DNA of 60,681 nucleotides, filler included, from Nemertoderma westbladi (lineage: Eukaryota > Animalia > Xenacoelomorpha), in NCBI GenBank assembly GCA_032718475.1. It is 3 parts of 3 records of this genome, joined end to end, with 100 filler letters (N's around TTAATTAATTAA, not from the genome) between each part and the next. Parts side by side here need not be neighbours in the genome. Positions count along the whole stretch, not along the records: positions 19,656 to 41,234 come from JAUCBJ010005392.1; 2 more parts are not named here. One strand, written 5' to 3'. Made by a program: the position numbers and the translations under genes. A model generated the notes under the pieces. It was not told where the DNA came from. It saw nothing but the letters and a program-made list of their open reading frames with translations, and ran no database searches. Shown piece after piece: positions 23,714 through 38,126 of this stretch (position 1 is its first letter; the number at the start of each line of letters is the position of its first letter).

Positions 23714-25068
23714 TATATTAACACTCCTAATACAAAATTCTAGAACTTACACATTTATTGTTGTGTTTTAGACATTATTTTTTGCACAGTATTCCCAATG
23801 TTAAAAGAATTTATATCCATTCCCAACTGATTTAAATCACTTTTGTAGCTAATAGGAATATAACAGTTGCCAACCAGGAGCTAATATTGAAGTCCGCACT
23901 ATACTGTAGTATAGCCTGTGTAACCGTTTTTTGAAAAATTTGCATCATCTTTTCGGTTAGAGTTCCGTATAGCACTACATTATTTTATAAATCGTATATC
24001 ATTGATAAAATGGAAACATTGATGAGTTGCAGAACAATATAAAAGTATTATATACTATTCTAGAACATAAAAAAAAAATACAATAAAAAATTTAAAGTTC
24101 TAGAACATTTAGCTAGATTTTAATATAGCTAGTAAATTAAAATTAAATATTTTTAAGTAAATTTCTTAATACTTTTAAATGAATATTGAATGGAGTTTTT
24201 ATGGGTTTATTCTTTTTTCTTTTTATGTTTTTTTTTGAGTTTTGAGTTTTTTTATTAAAATTTTTATTTTTATCACACACTGGCTGTACTACAGTACAGT
24301 ATTATTATTAATAATGCTAAAAGTATGCCTAAATTCGTCATAAGATGAGTTTCAGCAAACCCAATAATAGAAAGAGATTTGCAGATGCTTCCGGTGACAG
24401 ACAGCAACACTTGCTAAACATCAAAGACAGTCAAAACACGAAAAGAGCAACAATTCCCATCAATTATAATTACTAGTTATCTAGGTCTACAAGTAACAAT
24501 TGCTTGTTCTGAATAAATATTAAATGAAATTGAACCCTTATCCTACAATATTTTTTAATGTTCGCACAACTTGGAGGGAGGGGGGGTTATTGGGGGGGAT
24601 TGCAAGGGTGTGTTTGTTTTAGTGGGGTCTGTGTTTCCCCAAACGTGAAAGATACAAAAGTAGTGATATACATGATAAACAGATTATCGCATGTCCCAGA
24701 AGGTGATATACGGTTATAAAACCTTCAGCAAATAAATCATGTACAGTATAACTACTTCGGCCTGCGGCCTCAGTAGTTATACGATTTATTTGCTTCAGGT
24801 TTTATAACCGTATATCACCTTCTGGGACAGGCGATAATCTCTGTATATTAGTGAGGCATGAGACATGTATCATCATTCAAGTTAATTTGACAAAGTGAGA
24901 CATTGCTCTTCAAGCTTTCTCGCCCTGTAATATGAATATGAATAATATAAGTTAATGCGAGACATGTAGTGAGACAACATTTATTTCTCAGTAGGCCTAC
25001 CTTTGTCGCATTAACTTAATGAGACGAAGTTAGTGAGACAAAGTTAGTGAGACAAAGTTATGACAAAG

Positions 25069-25302
25069 TTATGACAAAGTTATGAAAGATATGAAAGTTA
25101 GATAACCTATGTTTAAGTTCTTTAACACTGCAACGAGATTTCCCGAAGAAAATACATCATAAAGGTCGACTAGAACCTGTTCTTTGGTCACTTCTGGTTC
25201 AACAATCAGGCAATCAATCGATAGCTTACTCAAATTAGGGAAGCTACGCAGGGCTTGATTACTGAGGTAAGCGGAGTAAGAGTCTACCGGTAGCAACTGC
25301 AA
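25069..25302 (-). pseudogene. Possible LRR-like ORF fragment
   Basis: LRSFPNLSKLSIDCL and LKNLNIGY resemble LRR units; short, with no ATG. Confidence 0.25.
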
Positions 25303-26455
25303 CTTAAATTATAGTGGTTTTGTGCGAATTAAATGCTATTTCATACTCCCTACGTGTGTCAGTTGCAATCCTCCTTATATATGATCAAAATCAGTGACAG
25401 TCGGCAAATTAGTGTGAAGTAGTGTGAAGTAGTGTGAAGTCGTGTGAAGGTTAATAAAGCATCTCCTAAAGAATGCGCTATTTACGAAACTCAGTAGCCA
25501 TCTAGTTGTGATTAGTATAAGTCATAACTCTGTTTTTATACTTAAAGCGCCACGTCCTAAAGGAACTGTTAATATTTCCCCGAAAGTAAATATAGTTGTC
25601 AGAGATTATATAGTAGCGATCAATCGAATAATACAAAGTAGCTTACACCGCAATACTTCCTCCGGAACCCGAATCCAGTCTCCCACACCGTGGGTCATAC
25701 GCCGCGCACGGACTGGCTTCGGCAGATGTAAATTCAGTACACCAGGTAATTGGTATGGGCAAAGTCGATTCATAATCAAAAGGACAATTAAAATTGGCAG
25801 GTTAAACTGCTAAAGGTCTGAAAGCGCGAACATTAATAGATTTTGTTCTTTATTGCGCAGTAGGCAATAAATATATTTTGTCTAATGTTCTGGTAAGAAC
25901 ATTAATAGATTTATTTCTTTATTGCCCAGTAGGCAATAAAACCCAAAACGTACCGGTAGGATGGTAAACTGTAGGCCTGATCCGAACCGGTGCTTACAGG
26001 TACTTACCCAGTATTATTCCATTGTGATAATTATATATCGGTAGGTCTTAATATTTAATTGCGGACTGCAGCCCTGGTTTTTATTAGGATTTTACTTATT
26101 TCTGTCAGTTTTATTTATCTGTAAGTGTAATATTGAGCAGAAGGCGTGTAAGCCTGCTCAGATTGTATAAATAATTTGTAGGCCGGATTGTTGTCTAACT
26201 GTTGTTAGGTCTGAGGCGATTGCAGTGTATGTAGAGTGTCTGTCCGATAAAGTGCTAGTTAGGAAGGTGGAGGCATCCAGTGCTGTAAGGTAAATCCTCC
26301 ACGAAAGAATAAGTCGTACTACGTAGTTAGAACGCCTACTAACTAACCATTTCGGAGATTGCATATACTGTAGTTTATTTGGGCTTGACAGTAGTCTGCC
26401 AGCATTTGGTCTGTGTTTTATTTGAATAGTCTATATGGGTAGCGTAATATTTATT
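25255..26455 (-). ncRNA. Structured non-coding repeat family, diverged copy C
   Basis: Collinear conserved blocks shared with 59390-60530, with frame-breaking indels; stem CCGAATCCAGTC (25669-25680) / GACTGGCTTCGG (25711-25722). The repeat is directly visible; RNA function is inferred. Confidence 0.5.
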
Positions 26456-28069
26456 ATTCAGAGTTTATGCAAGTATTTGCAACCTACAACTCCCCAAGTT
26501 TATTCCTTACAGTAATTATGCTTGTTATGCATACCGTTATAGTTAAATTAACCCTGGTACTAATTCAGGGCTGCTTGGCGTAGGTAAAGACTGGTGATTT
26601 TGTGCTCCGGTCACTCCAGCAGATACCGTGGTTCTTTTGGCTGTTCACGTATATCTAACTGCTAGTTATATGTTGTATAAGTACTTGTACCTAATTTAGG
26701 GTTTAGAGTACAGTGCTTTCCTGAAAGTAATTTAGTGTGTAGGCAGTATATTTGTGTTGTAATGTGGATAATAGGTCCGTTAGCTCTGGTTGGCTTCGAT
26801 AATTAACCTCTAGGTATAGGACACTCCGGGTACATAATGTAGTGCTTATAGTTTAAGACTATAAGCCGTCAGACGGTGCTATTTCCTTATCTGGACAACG
26901 TAATGTACTTAATACTACTTTATTGGTTTCAAATACCGTAATTTCCTGTCAGTTTGTAAGAACCAGAAATTCTAACGCCTTGTTAGTCTGGTTCGTAAAT
27001 TTCTTGTTAAATTACCCTAAAAATTGTACGTGTAACTTGTTTATTGTTTATTTAGAGATTGTGTAATCTCAACCCGATACGTAAGTAATTTGTAGTGATA
27101 AGTAACTTAGTTGAGTAGAATTATCAGTATTAGTGTCTAACAAGTAGCACCCCACTGAGAGCATTCAGCCTCTCTTCACTTCTTCACTTCTTACACAGAA
27201 ATAATAACATTTATTTCAAATATTGTCAAAACCCATTACGGGTATATATATAACTCCAACTGGTGGCCATAGGGCCACTCCTTAATAATTAAGATATAAA
27301 CTAGTACATTAACTATCGAATAATAATAGAACAAGAGAAGCATGTTAATAATAATATCTATTAATTGTTAGAAAAATCCGATGCAAAAAATTACACGGCT
27401 CCAATATAATGACTATTATATATATCTTGTTGGATATTCGTTTGCAATACATTTCTATAGGAAAAGTACATAACACAAAACGACCACAGGGCCACCTAAT
27501 TTTTCTGGTAATTTTTGTGTAATTTACACATCAAAAACACATTCTAGAACTCAGATCTTTTCCGAAAATGCTTTGTTAGACTTTTCTACACCGTTTTTAT
27601 TCATTTCAAAACTTATGTATATTTTAATATATAATTTTATATATCTTTGATTCCATGACTAACTTGTTAGTATTTGAACCAAGATGGTTGGTTATCTGAG
27701 ACAAAGTTGAAAAATTAGTTAGTGTGATTTAAAAACTTTGTAATTAAATTTTGGTCTAGAAAATTTTATTGGAGCTATTTGATATCATTAATGCAGATGA
27801 TCCTCTTTGTGCTTGCAGTCAAATACCGTATTATTAAGTTTTTATTACATAAAACCATGACATAAAAAATAGTGGCCCTATGGTTTTGACGGATCTTTAT
27901 TATATCAGATATATAGATTTTACCTTTAGAGTTAAAGTCTATTGATTTTTTATACACCAGAGGGACTAGAACAAATAAATTAATTATTATTGAATTGTAT
28001 AAACGGCGTGCTGTATTTTTTTAATTTAAATTCTACATTTATGCTACTTTCTAATAGTTTTTTTATTTC

Positions 28070-31000
28070 GCTCACTGAATAGAATGTATACGGAATATAA
28101 CGCTCTCTGAGTATAATACTCAATGAATAGAACGCTCACTGAATAGAACGTTCATTGCGTGGAACGCTCACTCAATAGAACACTCACTGAATAGAACGCT
28201 CACTAAATAGAATGCTTACTGAGTATAATGCTCACTGAATAGAACGCTCACTGGATAGAACGTTCATTGCGTGGAACGCTCACTCAATAGAACACTCACT
28301 GAATAGAACGCTCACTAAATAGAATGCTTACTGAATAGAACACTCACTGAATAGAACGTTCATTGCGTGGAACGCTCACTCAATAGAACACTCACTGAAT
28401 AGAATGCTTACTGAATATAACACTCACTGAATAGAACACTCACTGAATAGATCGTTCACTGAATAGAACGTTCACTGAAAAGAACGCTCACTGAATAGAA
28501 CACTCACTAAATAGAATGCTTACTGAATATAACGTTCACTGAATAGAAAGCTCACTGAATAGAACACTCACTGAATAGAACATTCACTGAATAGAACACT
28601 CACTGAATAGAACGCACACTGAATAGAACGCTCACTGAATAGAACACTCACTGAATAGAACACTCACTGAATTGAACACTCCCTGAATAGAACACTCACT
28701 GAATAGAACGCACACTGAATAGAACGCTCACTGAATATAAAGCTCTCTGAATAGAACACTCACTGAATAGAACGCTCACTGAATATAACACTCACTGAAT
28801 AGAATGCTCACTGAATAGAAAGCTCGCTGAATAGAACACTCACTGAATAGAACACTCACTGAATATAACACTCACTGAATATAACGCTCACTGAATAGAA
28901 AGCTCACTGAATAGAACACTCACTGAATAGAACACTCACTGAATAGAACACTCACTGAATAGAACGCTCACTGAATAGAACACTCACTGAATAGAACGCT
29001 CACGGAATATAAAGCTCACTGAATAGAAAGCTCACTGAATAGAACACTCACTAAATAGAACGCTCACGGAATAGAACGTTCACTGAATAGAACACTCACT
29101 GAATAGAACGCTCACTGAATAGAACGTTCACTGAATAGAACGTTCATTGCGTGGAACGCTCACTCAATAGAACACTCACTGAATAGAACGCTCACTAAAT
29201 AGAATGCTTACTGAATAGAACACTCACTGAATAGAACGTTCATTGCGTGGAACGCTCACTCAATAGAACACTCACTGAATAGAATGCTTACTGAATATAA
29301 CACTCACTGAATAGAACACTCACTGAATAGATCGTTCACTGAATAGAACGTTCACTGAAAAGAACGCTCACTGAATAGAACACTCACTAAATAGAATGCT
29401 TACTGAATATAACGTTCACTGAATAGAAAGCTCACTGAATAGAACACTCACTGAATAGAACATTCACTGAATAGAACACTCACTGAATAGAACGCACACT
29501 GAATAGAACGCTCACTGAATAGAACACTCACTGAATAGAACACTCACTGAATTGAACACTCCCTGAATAGAACACTCACTGAATAGAACGCACACTGAAT
29601 AGAACGCTCACTGAATATAAAGCTCACTGAATAGAACACTCACTGAATAGAACGCTCACTGAATATAACATTCACTGAATAGAATGCTCACTGAATAGAA
29701 AGCTCGCTGAATAGAACACTCACTGAATAGAACACTCACTGAATAGAACGCTCACGGAATAGAACGTTCACTGAATGGAACACTCACTGAATAGAACGCT
29801 CACTGAATAGAACGTTCACTGAATATAACACTCACTGAATATAACGCTCACTGAATAGAAAGCTCACTGAATAGAACACTCACTGAATAGAACACTCACT
29901 GAATAGAACGCTCACTAAATAGAATGCTTACTGAGTATAATGCTCACTGAATAGAACGCTCACTGGATAGAACGTTCATTGCGTGGAACGCTCACTCAAT
30001 AGAACACTCACTGAATAGAACGCTCACTAAATAGAATGCTTACTGAATAGAACACTCACTGAATAGAACGTTCATTGCGTGGAACGCTCACTCAATAGAA
30101 CACTCACTGAATAGAATGCTTACTGAATATAACACTCACTGAATAGAACACTCACTGAATAGATCGTTCACTGAATAGAACGTTCACTGAAAAGAACGCT
30201 CACTGAATAGAACACTCACTAAATAGAATGCTTACTGAATATAACGTTCACTGAATAGAAAGCTCACTGAATAGAACACTCACTGAATAGAACATTCACT
30301 GAATAGAACACTCACTGAATAGAACGCACACTGAATAGAACGCTCACTGAATAGAACACTCACTGAATAGAACACTCACTGAATTGAACACTCCCTGAAT
30401 AGAACACTCACTGAATAGAACGCACACTGAATAGAACGCTCACTGAATATAAAGCTCACTGAATAGAACACTCACTGAATAGAACGCTCACTGAATATAA
30501 CACTCACTGAATAGAATGCTCACTGAATAGAAAGCTCGCTGAATAGAACACTCACTGAATAGAACACTCACTGAATAGAACGCTCACGGAATAGAACGTT
30601 CACTGAATGGAACACTCACTGAATAGAACGCTCACTGAATAGAACGTTCACTGAATATAACACTCACTGAATATAACGCTCACTGAATAGAAAGCTCACT
30701 GAATAGAACACTCACTGAATAGAACACTCACTGAATAGAACACTCACTGAATAGAACGCTCACTGAATAGAACACTCACTGAATAGAACGCTCACGGAAT
30801 ATAAAGCTCACTGAATAGAAAGCTCACTGAATAGAACACTCACTAAATAGAACGCTCACGGAATAGAACGTTCACTGAATAGAACACTCACTGAATAGAA
30901 CGCTCACTGAATAGAACGTTCACTGAATATAACACTAACTGAATAGAACGCCCACTGAATAGAAAGCTCACTGAATAGAACACTCACTGAATAGAACGTT

Positions 31001-33543
31001 CACTGAATAGAATGCTTACTGAATAGAACACTCACTGAATATAACGTTCACTGAATAGAACACTCACTGAATAGAACGTTCACTGAATAGAACGCTCACT
31101 GAATTGAACGTGCACTGAATACAACGCTCACTGAATTGAACGTTCACAGAATATAACACTCACTGAATAGAATGCTCACTGAATAGAACGTTCACTGAAT
31201 AGAACGCTTACTGAATAGAACACTCACTGAATACAACGCTCACTGAATAGAACACTCACTGAATAGAACGTCCACTGAATAGAATGCTTACTGAATAGAA
31301 CACTCACTGAATAGAACGTCCACTGAATAGAATGCTTACTGAATAGAACACTCACTGAATATAACGTTCACTGAATATAACGTTTACTGAATAGAACGCT
31401 TACTGAATAGAACACTCACTGAATAGAACGTTCACTGAATAGAACGCTCACTGAATTGAACGTTCACAGAATATAACCCTCACTGAATAGAACACTCACT
31501 GAATACAACGCTCACTGAATAGAACACTCACTGAATAGAACGTCCACTGAATAGAATGCTTACTGAATAGAACACTCACTGAATACAACGCTCACTGAAT
31601 AGAACACTCACTGAATAGAACGTCCACTGAATAGAATGATTACTGAATAGAACACTCACTGAATAGAACGTCCACTGAATAGAATGCTTACTGAATAGAA
31701 CACTCACTGAATAGAACGTTCACTGAATATAACGTTTACTGAATAGAACGCTTACTGAATAGAACACTCACTGAATAGAACGTTCACTGAATAGAACGCT
31801 CACTGAATTGAACGTTCACAGAATATAACCCTCACTGAATAGAACACTCACTGAATACAACGCTCACTGAATAGAACACTCACTGAATAGAACGTCCACT
31901 GAATAGAATGCTTACTGAATAGAACACTCACTGAATAGAACGTCCACTGAATAGAATGCTTACTGAATAGAACACTCACTGAATAGAACGTTCACTGAAT
32001 ATAACGTTTACTGAGTAGAACGCTTACTGAATAGAACACTCACTGAATAGAACGTTCACTGAATATAATGCTTACTGAATTGAACGTTCACAGAATATAA
32101 CGTTCACTGAATAGAACGATCATTGAATTGAACGTGCACTGAATAGAACACTCACTGAATAGAACGTTCACTGAATAGAATGCTTACTGAATAGAACACT
32201 CACTGAATAGAATGTTTAAATGAATAGAACGCTTACTGAATGTAACACTCACTGAATAGAACGGTCACTGAATAGAATGCTTACTGAATAGAACACTCAC
32301 TGAATACAACGCTCACTGAATTGAACACTCACTGAATAGAACGGTCACTGAATAGAATGCTTACTGAATAGAACACTCACTGAATAGAACGTTCACTGAA
32401 TAGAACACTCACTGAATAGAACGTTCACTGAATAGAATGCTTACTGAATAGAACACTCACTGAATAGAACGTTCACTGAATAGAACACTCACTGAATAGA
32501 ACGTCCACTGAATAGAATGCTTACTGAATAGAACACTCACTGAATAGAACGTCCACTGAATAGAATGCTTACTGAATAGAACAGTCACTGAATAGAACGT
32601 TCACTGAATATAACGTTTACTGAGTAGAACGCTTACTGAATAGAACACTCACTGAATAGAACGTTCACTGAATATAATGCTTACTGAATTGAACGTTCAC
32701 AGAATATAACGTTCACTGAATAGAACGATCATTGAATTGAACGTGCACTGAATAGAACACTCACTGAATAGAACGTTCACTGAATAGAATGCTTACTGAA
32801 TAGAACACTCACTGAATAGAATGTTTAAATGAATAGAACGCTTACTGAATGTAACACTCACTGAATAGAACGGTCACTGAATAGAATGCTTACTGAATAG
32901 AACACTCACTGAATACAACGCTCACTGAATTGAACACTCACTGAATAGAACGGTCACTGAATAGAATGCTTACTGAATAGAACACTCACTGAATAGAACG
33001 TTCACTGAATAGAACACTCACTGAATAGAACGTTCACTGAATAGAATGCTTACTGAATAGAACACTCACTGAATAGAACGTTCACTGAATAGAACACTCA
33101 CTGAATAGAACGTCCACTGAATAGAATGCTTACTGAATAGAACACTCACTGAATAGAACGTTCACTGAATATAACGTTTACTGAATAGAACACTCACTGA
33201 ATAGAACGCTCACTGAATAGAACACTCACTGAATAGAACGTTCACTGAATAGAATGCTTACTGAATAGAACACTCACTGAATAGAACGTCCACTGAATAG
33301 AATGCTTACTGAATAGAACACTCACTGAATAGAACGTCCACTGAATAGAATGCTTACTGAATAGAACACTCACTGAATAGAACGTTCACTGAATATAACG
33401 TTTACTGAATAGAACACTCACTGAATAGAACGTTCACTGAATAGAATGCTTACTGAATAGAACACTCACTGAATAGAACGTCCACTGAATAGAATGCTTA
33501 CTGAATAGAACACTCACTGAATAGAACGTTCACTGAATATAAC
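28070..33543 (+). repeat. 16-bp satellite (CTCACTGAATAGAACA/G), roughly 340 units with higher-order repeats; resumes at 35715-35870
   Basis: Direct 16-bp periodicity; variant blocks recur at 880, 832 and about 609 bp. Confidence 0.97.
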
Positions 33544-35714
33544 CACTAGCGTAGCGAGGGTAGGGTCCCAGGGTCCCGGGACCCTACCGTGGAGATTCCA
33601 ACTTACACTAACTCTGAGAGCATTTTGCCATCGTCAAGTTCCGTTAAATTAAAAAAATTATAATGACAAGTGCAATAAACCGAATATTAGAAAATATTCG
33701 AAGTTGAAGTTGCTTTGGAAAGGAGCCCGACCCCAGACCAGATACAATCCACATTATCCCAGGCAGGTTGCCAAAGAAAATAAGTAGTAGAAAGGAGACC
33801 ATATACCCCATCAAAGTGTTGTAGCCAGGCCTCCAGCCACACTACCAATAATTCCCTCAGGCACCCCCCCCCCCCCCCCCCCCGCCCCCATGATAAGGCA
33901 TCATAATATCATACAATGTTCTTAGAAAGCCAGCTTATTACTTAGGCCTATATTATATAATCTCTCAACCAGTTTAATAGTCTGTAATGTAAAGCAATGA
34001 AATGGAGCCCAATTGACCACTGCAGGGGGGCGCCCACTGGCTCCTGCCTTGGTTTCTGTGCTTTGATTAGACGACGTCGCTGTGCCTTGCCTGTCAAGCA
34101 GGGTTCAATATATACCAATGAAAGATAGCATAAATAAGATAGGCACTCTGACTCTGATGTAATATAATGAATTATGTAATTTTTTCTGGGTACACTGACC
34201 AACGTGATTGGATATTGCGTAGCTTGTCTTGCCGAGTCACAACTAAATAACCTGTGGGTGGCTATGTATTTTAATTCAATATTATTATTAATACCATGAA
34301 AATTACTTTGAAATGTAATTAATTAGAACATTAATTTTTTTTAACAAAAAAACGTTTTTTTTTTACTTTCAATAAATCAAAAAAGTGTATTTAATAATGT
34401 ACCGGTACCATAATTAGTTCAATTTCAAAATGTGGCAGTTTATAAAATAATATACCATGGTGTGGGGTGGGGGATTGTTTCACGAAGCGACATTTAACTA
34501 AATGGAAATCGCCGATTTGTAAATAAGGTATTTAAAAAACGGAAGCACATTTAAATTTTACGTCCCTTAATTTAAATGACATGAATTGAAATTTGCCTAC
34601 TGTCATTTTGCAATACTTTTATGTTATCAATACATGTTGTTATGATTCCATGGTAGTAGGGCCTATAGTACTAGTTTTTAAGAATAAGTTAACTGTTCTT
34701 AATAGAAATATTATTAAATTTACTGAAAAGCCATGACAGCATGACGACCAGACCAGTTGCTATGCCGTATAACTATTATTATGTTAATGAGTTTAAATGA
34801 CACATCATTACGTAAATGATTTAAAGCTAAATGACAGGGGGATAAATGACACGCGAATAGCAGTTTCTTGAAACATAAAAACTTTCTGTTATAATTAAAG
34901 TATTATTTTTAATCTTTCCAATTAAGCCAAATTAAATGACCGTATGTAAAACAGTCCCCTCAGTTTAATTATAATATTAATTTAATTTATTAATTCAATT
35001 TCATTTGTAATTTCAGTAACTTACTTTATAACTATGATTTTATCATATTAATTCTTAATAGCGGATTTTCTAAATTACTCATCTTTACTGGGGGGGGGGG
35101 GGGGGGGGGGGGGCTTTACTGGGGGAATGAACATGTACTGGTGCGCATTACTCAGAATGAGTAGTATACCGACTACTGTACTACAGGCTACAGGTTGGGT
35201 GCAACCTTCGCCCGAGTACAACCTTCGCCCGCGTCCAATATTCGCCCGCGTCCACACTTCACCCCGGGGAAAACCTTCGCCCGCAAGGCAATCTTCCACC
35301 GCGAACAACCTTCGCCCAATAAGATTTGTGTTAGTAACCATTTTAGTTACCAATTAAGGGAAAGGAGCAGGTTACAGAGACGGCTTCTTCTAACCAAAAC
35401 AATAAACGATGTTGTTACCAATTTAAGGTAAGGAGCAGGTTACAGAAACGGCTTTTTCTAACCAAAACAATAATTGTTTAGTTGGCGATGGTTGCTCGCG
35501 GGAGAAGATTGTCTGCGGGCGAAGTTTGCTGCGTACCCTACTAAACATTACACATCACGTGTGGCGGGCATTTTGTTAAAATTCCAAACAATCACACCTG
35601 GACTACGCTGGGGGGGGGGGGGGGGCTCTTCCCCCACACCCACAACTACTATAAATATGAATTACAATTTGGGGTCTGGGACCCTACCGTGGGAAATTCC
35701 TGGCTACGCGGCTG
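33544..35714. mobile_element. hAT-type non-autonomous element inserted in the satellite
   Basis: 8-bp TSD AATATAAC (33536-33543, 35715-35722); imperfect TIR CACTAGCGTAGCGAGG / CCTGGCTACGCGGCTG; subterminal gggaccctaccgtgg at both ends. Confidence 0.85.
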
Positions 35715-36789
35715 AATATAACGTTTACTGAATAGAACACTCACTGAATAGAACGCTCACTGAATAGAACACTCACTGAATAGAACGTTTAAATGAATAG
35801 AACGCTTACTGAATGTAACACTCACTGAATAGAACGCTCACTGAATAGTACACTCACTGAATAGAACGCTGACCTAATAGAAGGCTTATTGCATTTTAGA
35901 AGATAATCAGCTTTAAATAGAAATAAAACTACTGTATTATGACAGAACCTAACAGCGCAGGGGTTAATAACAACCACTCATGGGACCTAAAGACACAACA
36001 CCTAACGTCCAAAGGACCTTCTAACGCCTTACAACTACTTCATACCATAGGGCCACTGTGGCCCTATGGCACGATTAAACCATAGGGCCACCTTTCCGAC
36101 CATAGGGCCACTGTTGGATATTGAATAGAACCATAAGGCCACCTACTTACATCTATAAGTGGCCCTAAGGTTGTGTGTTGGATATATATATATATCTAAA
36201 TAATGCAGCCAAATCTCATCGTCATATATGTCTTTATTCAATTTCCATTTTCTCGAATTTAGCTGAATATTTTTTTCTAATTTTTCTAATAGACGTAGAG
36301 AAAGGAATTTTCTACGAGGCCAAAACATATTTGGATCATAAACATTAAATCATTCAAAGAAAATTGGAATATATATATCGCCATATATATATATATATAT
36401 CCCTTATATATATAATATACTAGATGTATAACTTTTTTTGTGGTTCTTTGGCTACAAATATACAATATATGTATAATGGCATCCTATGCTGCTCGCATTC
36501 TATATTGTGTTTAGAAAAACCACTTTCAGTTAAAATTACATTTCCGTGATAATTGGGTTAATGTACTGTACCTAAAAGCGAAATACATTACCGTATAATA
36601 CTGCAGGTATCGATGCATACAGTATTACTTGTTATATGAAGTACTGTATATAGGTAGGGTGAGTGAGGGAGACTGGAACCCCAAAAGTTATAATCGCTCT
36701 AAAGAACAGATAAATAAATTTGTCAATGCCGTTTTAACTTTTTCACATTACATTTATGATTGCTATCATTATGTCAGAGTTTGAGAACT

Positions 36790-37556
36790 TCAAGGACCCA
36801 GAAGTAGTAGATATCCGGCAACTACAGTCACTGACACCGAATTCGCGGATGACATCGCCCTGCTCTCTAATACGCTAGCAGATGCACAGCTTCTACTGAA
36901 TAAAGTGGAGAGGGCTGCTAAGGAGGTTGGATTGCATATAAATGCTACCAACCCTTGATAATAATCAACAAAGGAAGGTTGACGACTTCCAGTACCTAGG
37001 ATCATGGATAGAGAGTAGCAAAAAGGACATAGAAGTTAGGAAAGCAAAGGCTTGGGTAGCTCTATCAAAAATGGATACCATCTGGAAATCAGATCTCCTC
37101 AGGCACCTGAAGACTAAGTTCTTTGGAGCAACAGTGGAAAATGTATTTTTATACGGGGGTGAGACCTGGACACTGACTAAATCACTTGAACAACGAATTG
37201 ATGGTTGCTACACAAGACTACTAAGGGCAGTCCTAAACATCAGCTGGAGACAACACATGACAAATGCCGAGCTTTATGGTACAATACCACCCGTATCAAC
37301 AACCCTCCGTAAACGCAGATTAAGATTCAGTGGGCACTGCTGGCGAAGTAAAGACGAGGTCATACCAGATCTACTTCTCTGGCAACCAACTCATGGAAAG
37401 CGTAGTCGTGGACGACCGGCCATAACATATATAGATCAACTTTAAAGGGATACTGAACTTGGGAGAAACGAAATTGCGACAACTATGGAGAATCGGGAAG
37501 CCTGGAAGGATCTCATTTCCATTGTCCGAGATCGCTCGACTTAGTAATAGTAGTAG
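36790..37556 (+). mobile_element. 5'-truncated RTE LINE (C-terminal part of RT)
   Basis: TDTEFADDIALLS, FQYLGSWI, LYGGETWTL, RRLRFSGHCWR, GRP; (TAG)n tail at 37542-37556. Confidence 0.9.
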
Positions 37557-38126
37557 GTATTGTACCGTAGTTCTTTCAATCTTAAGAGAACCAAATAATC
37601 AACCAGAATTCAATAAAGTTAATTTGTTCTTAAGTCACTTTTTTTGTCAAAGTCGTTAACAAGTTTGACAAAAAATAACACTTTGTTGTTAATATAAAAA
37701 GTTATGTTGAATTAAATTTCAAAGTAATTTCCATGACATTGATTTTTTATACTAGCTAGTCTTTTCTACTTTTTTATAAATGTTATGAACACGTGTTAGC
37801 TATCAATTTTGATAAATAATTTTGTTCCAGAACACTTTTTATGTATATGAGTTATTATTACCATAATGAACCCCAACACAAAATCTATAATAAGTGAAGC
37901 GAGATAAAGGAATCTTGATTGGGGTGATTTATATTGAGTCAATGCAATAATGAAGATGGTCTGGAGGCGCTACCACCCAGTGGAAAAGTGCTGGTTATGT
38001 GAAGAACATTATATTTACATTATATAGAACTTAAAAGTAATGGATATAGTTGTATATTGGAGGGCGGCGGGGGGGGGGGGGGGGGGGGGTGTTGGCTGGA
38101 GAACAACGTTGATTGACAATGATTAT

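Larger units (their letters stand above)
21549..24843. mobile_element. Non-autonomous element with a palindromic end (Crypton-like architecture) hosting nested MITEs
   Basis: Left end gtttatcatgtat...ctgattggct...gtgatataactgtatatcac; right end atacatgataaac followed by a ~160-bp palindrome (24681-24840) containing gtgatatacggttata. Superfamily assignment is inferred. Confidence 0.45.
27243..36195. mobile_element. Putative TIR element enclosing the 16-bp satellite
   Basis: The left end (TA)n-ctccaac...ccatagggccact is mirrored by agtggccctaagg...gttgga-(TA)n at the right. The CCATAGGGCCAC motif is repeated at 27266-27885 and 36045-36170. Confidence 0.5.

Noticed and set aside
25848-25872. 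Resemblance to the 5' end of U4 snRNA (TTGCGCAGT-GGCA)
   Set aside because: The match is short, absent from the other hairpin copies, and has no downstream U4 sequence.
28070-33543. CRISPR-like array
   Set aside because: Head-to-tail 16-bp monomers with no unique spacers and no cas genes, in a eukaryotic context.
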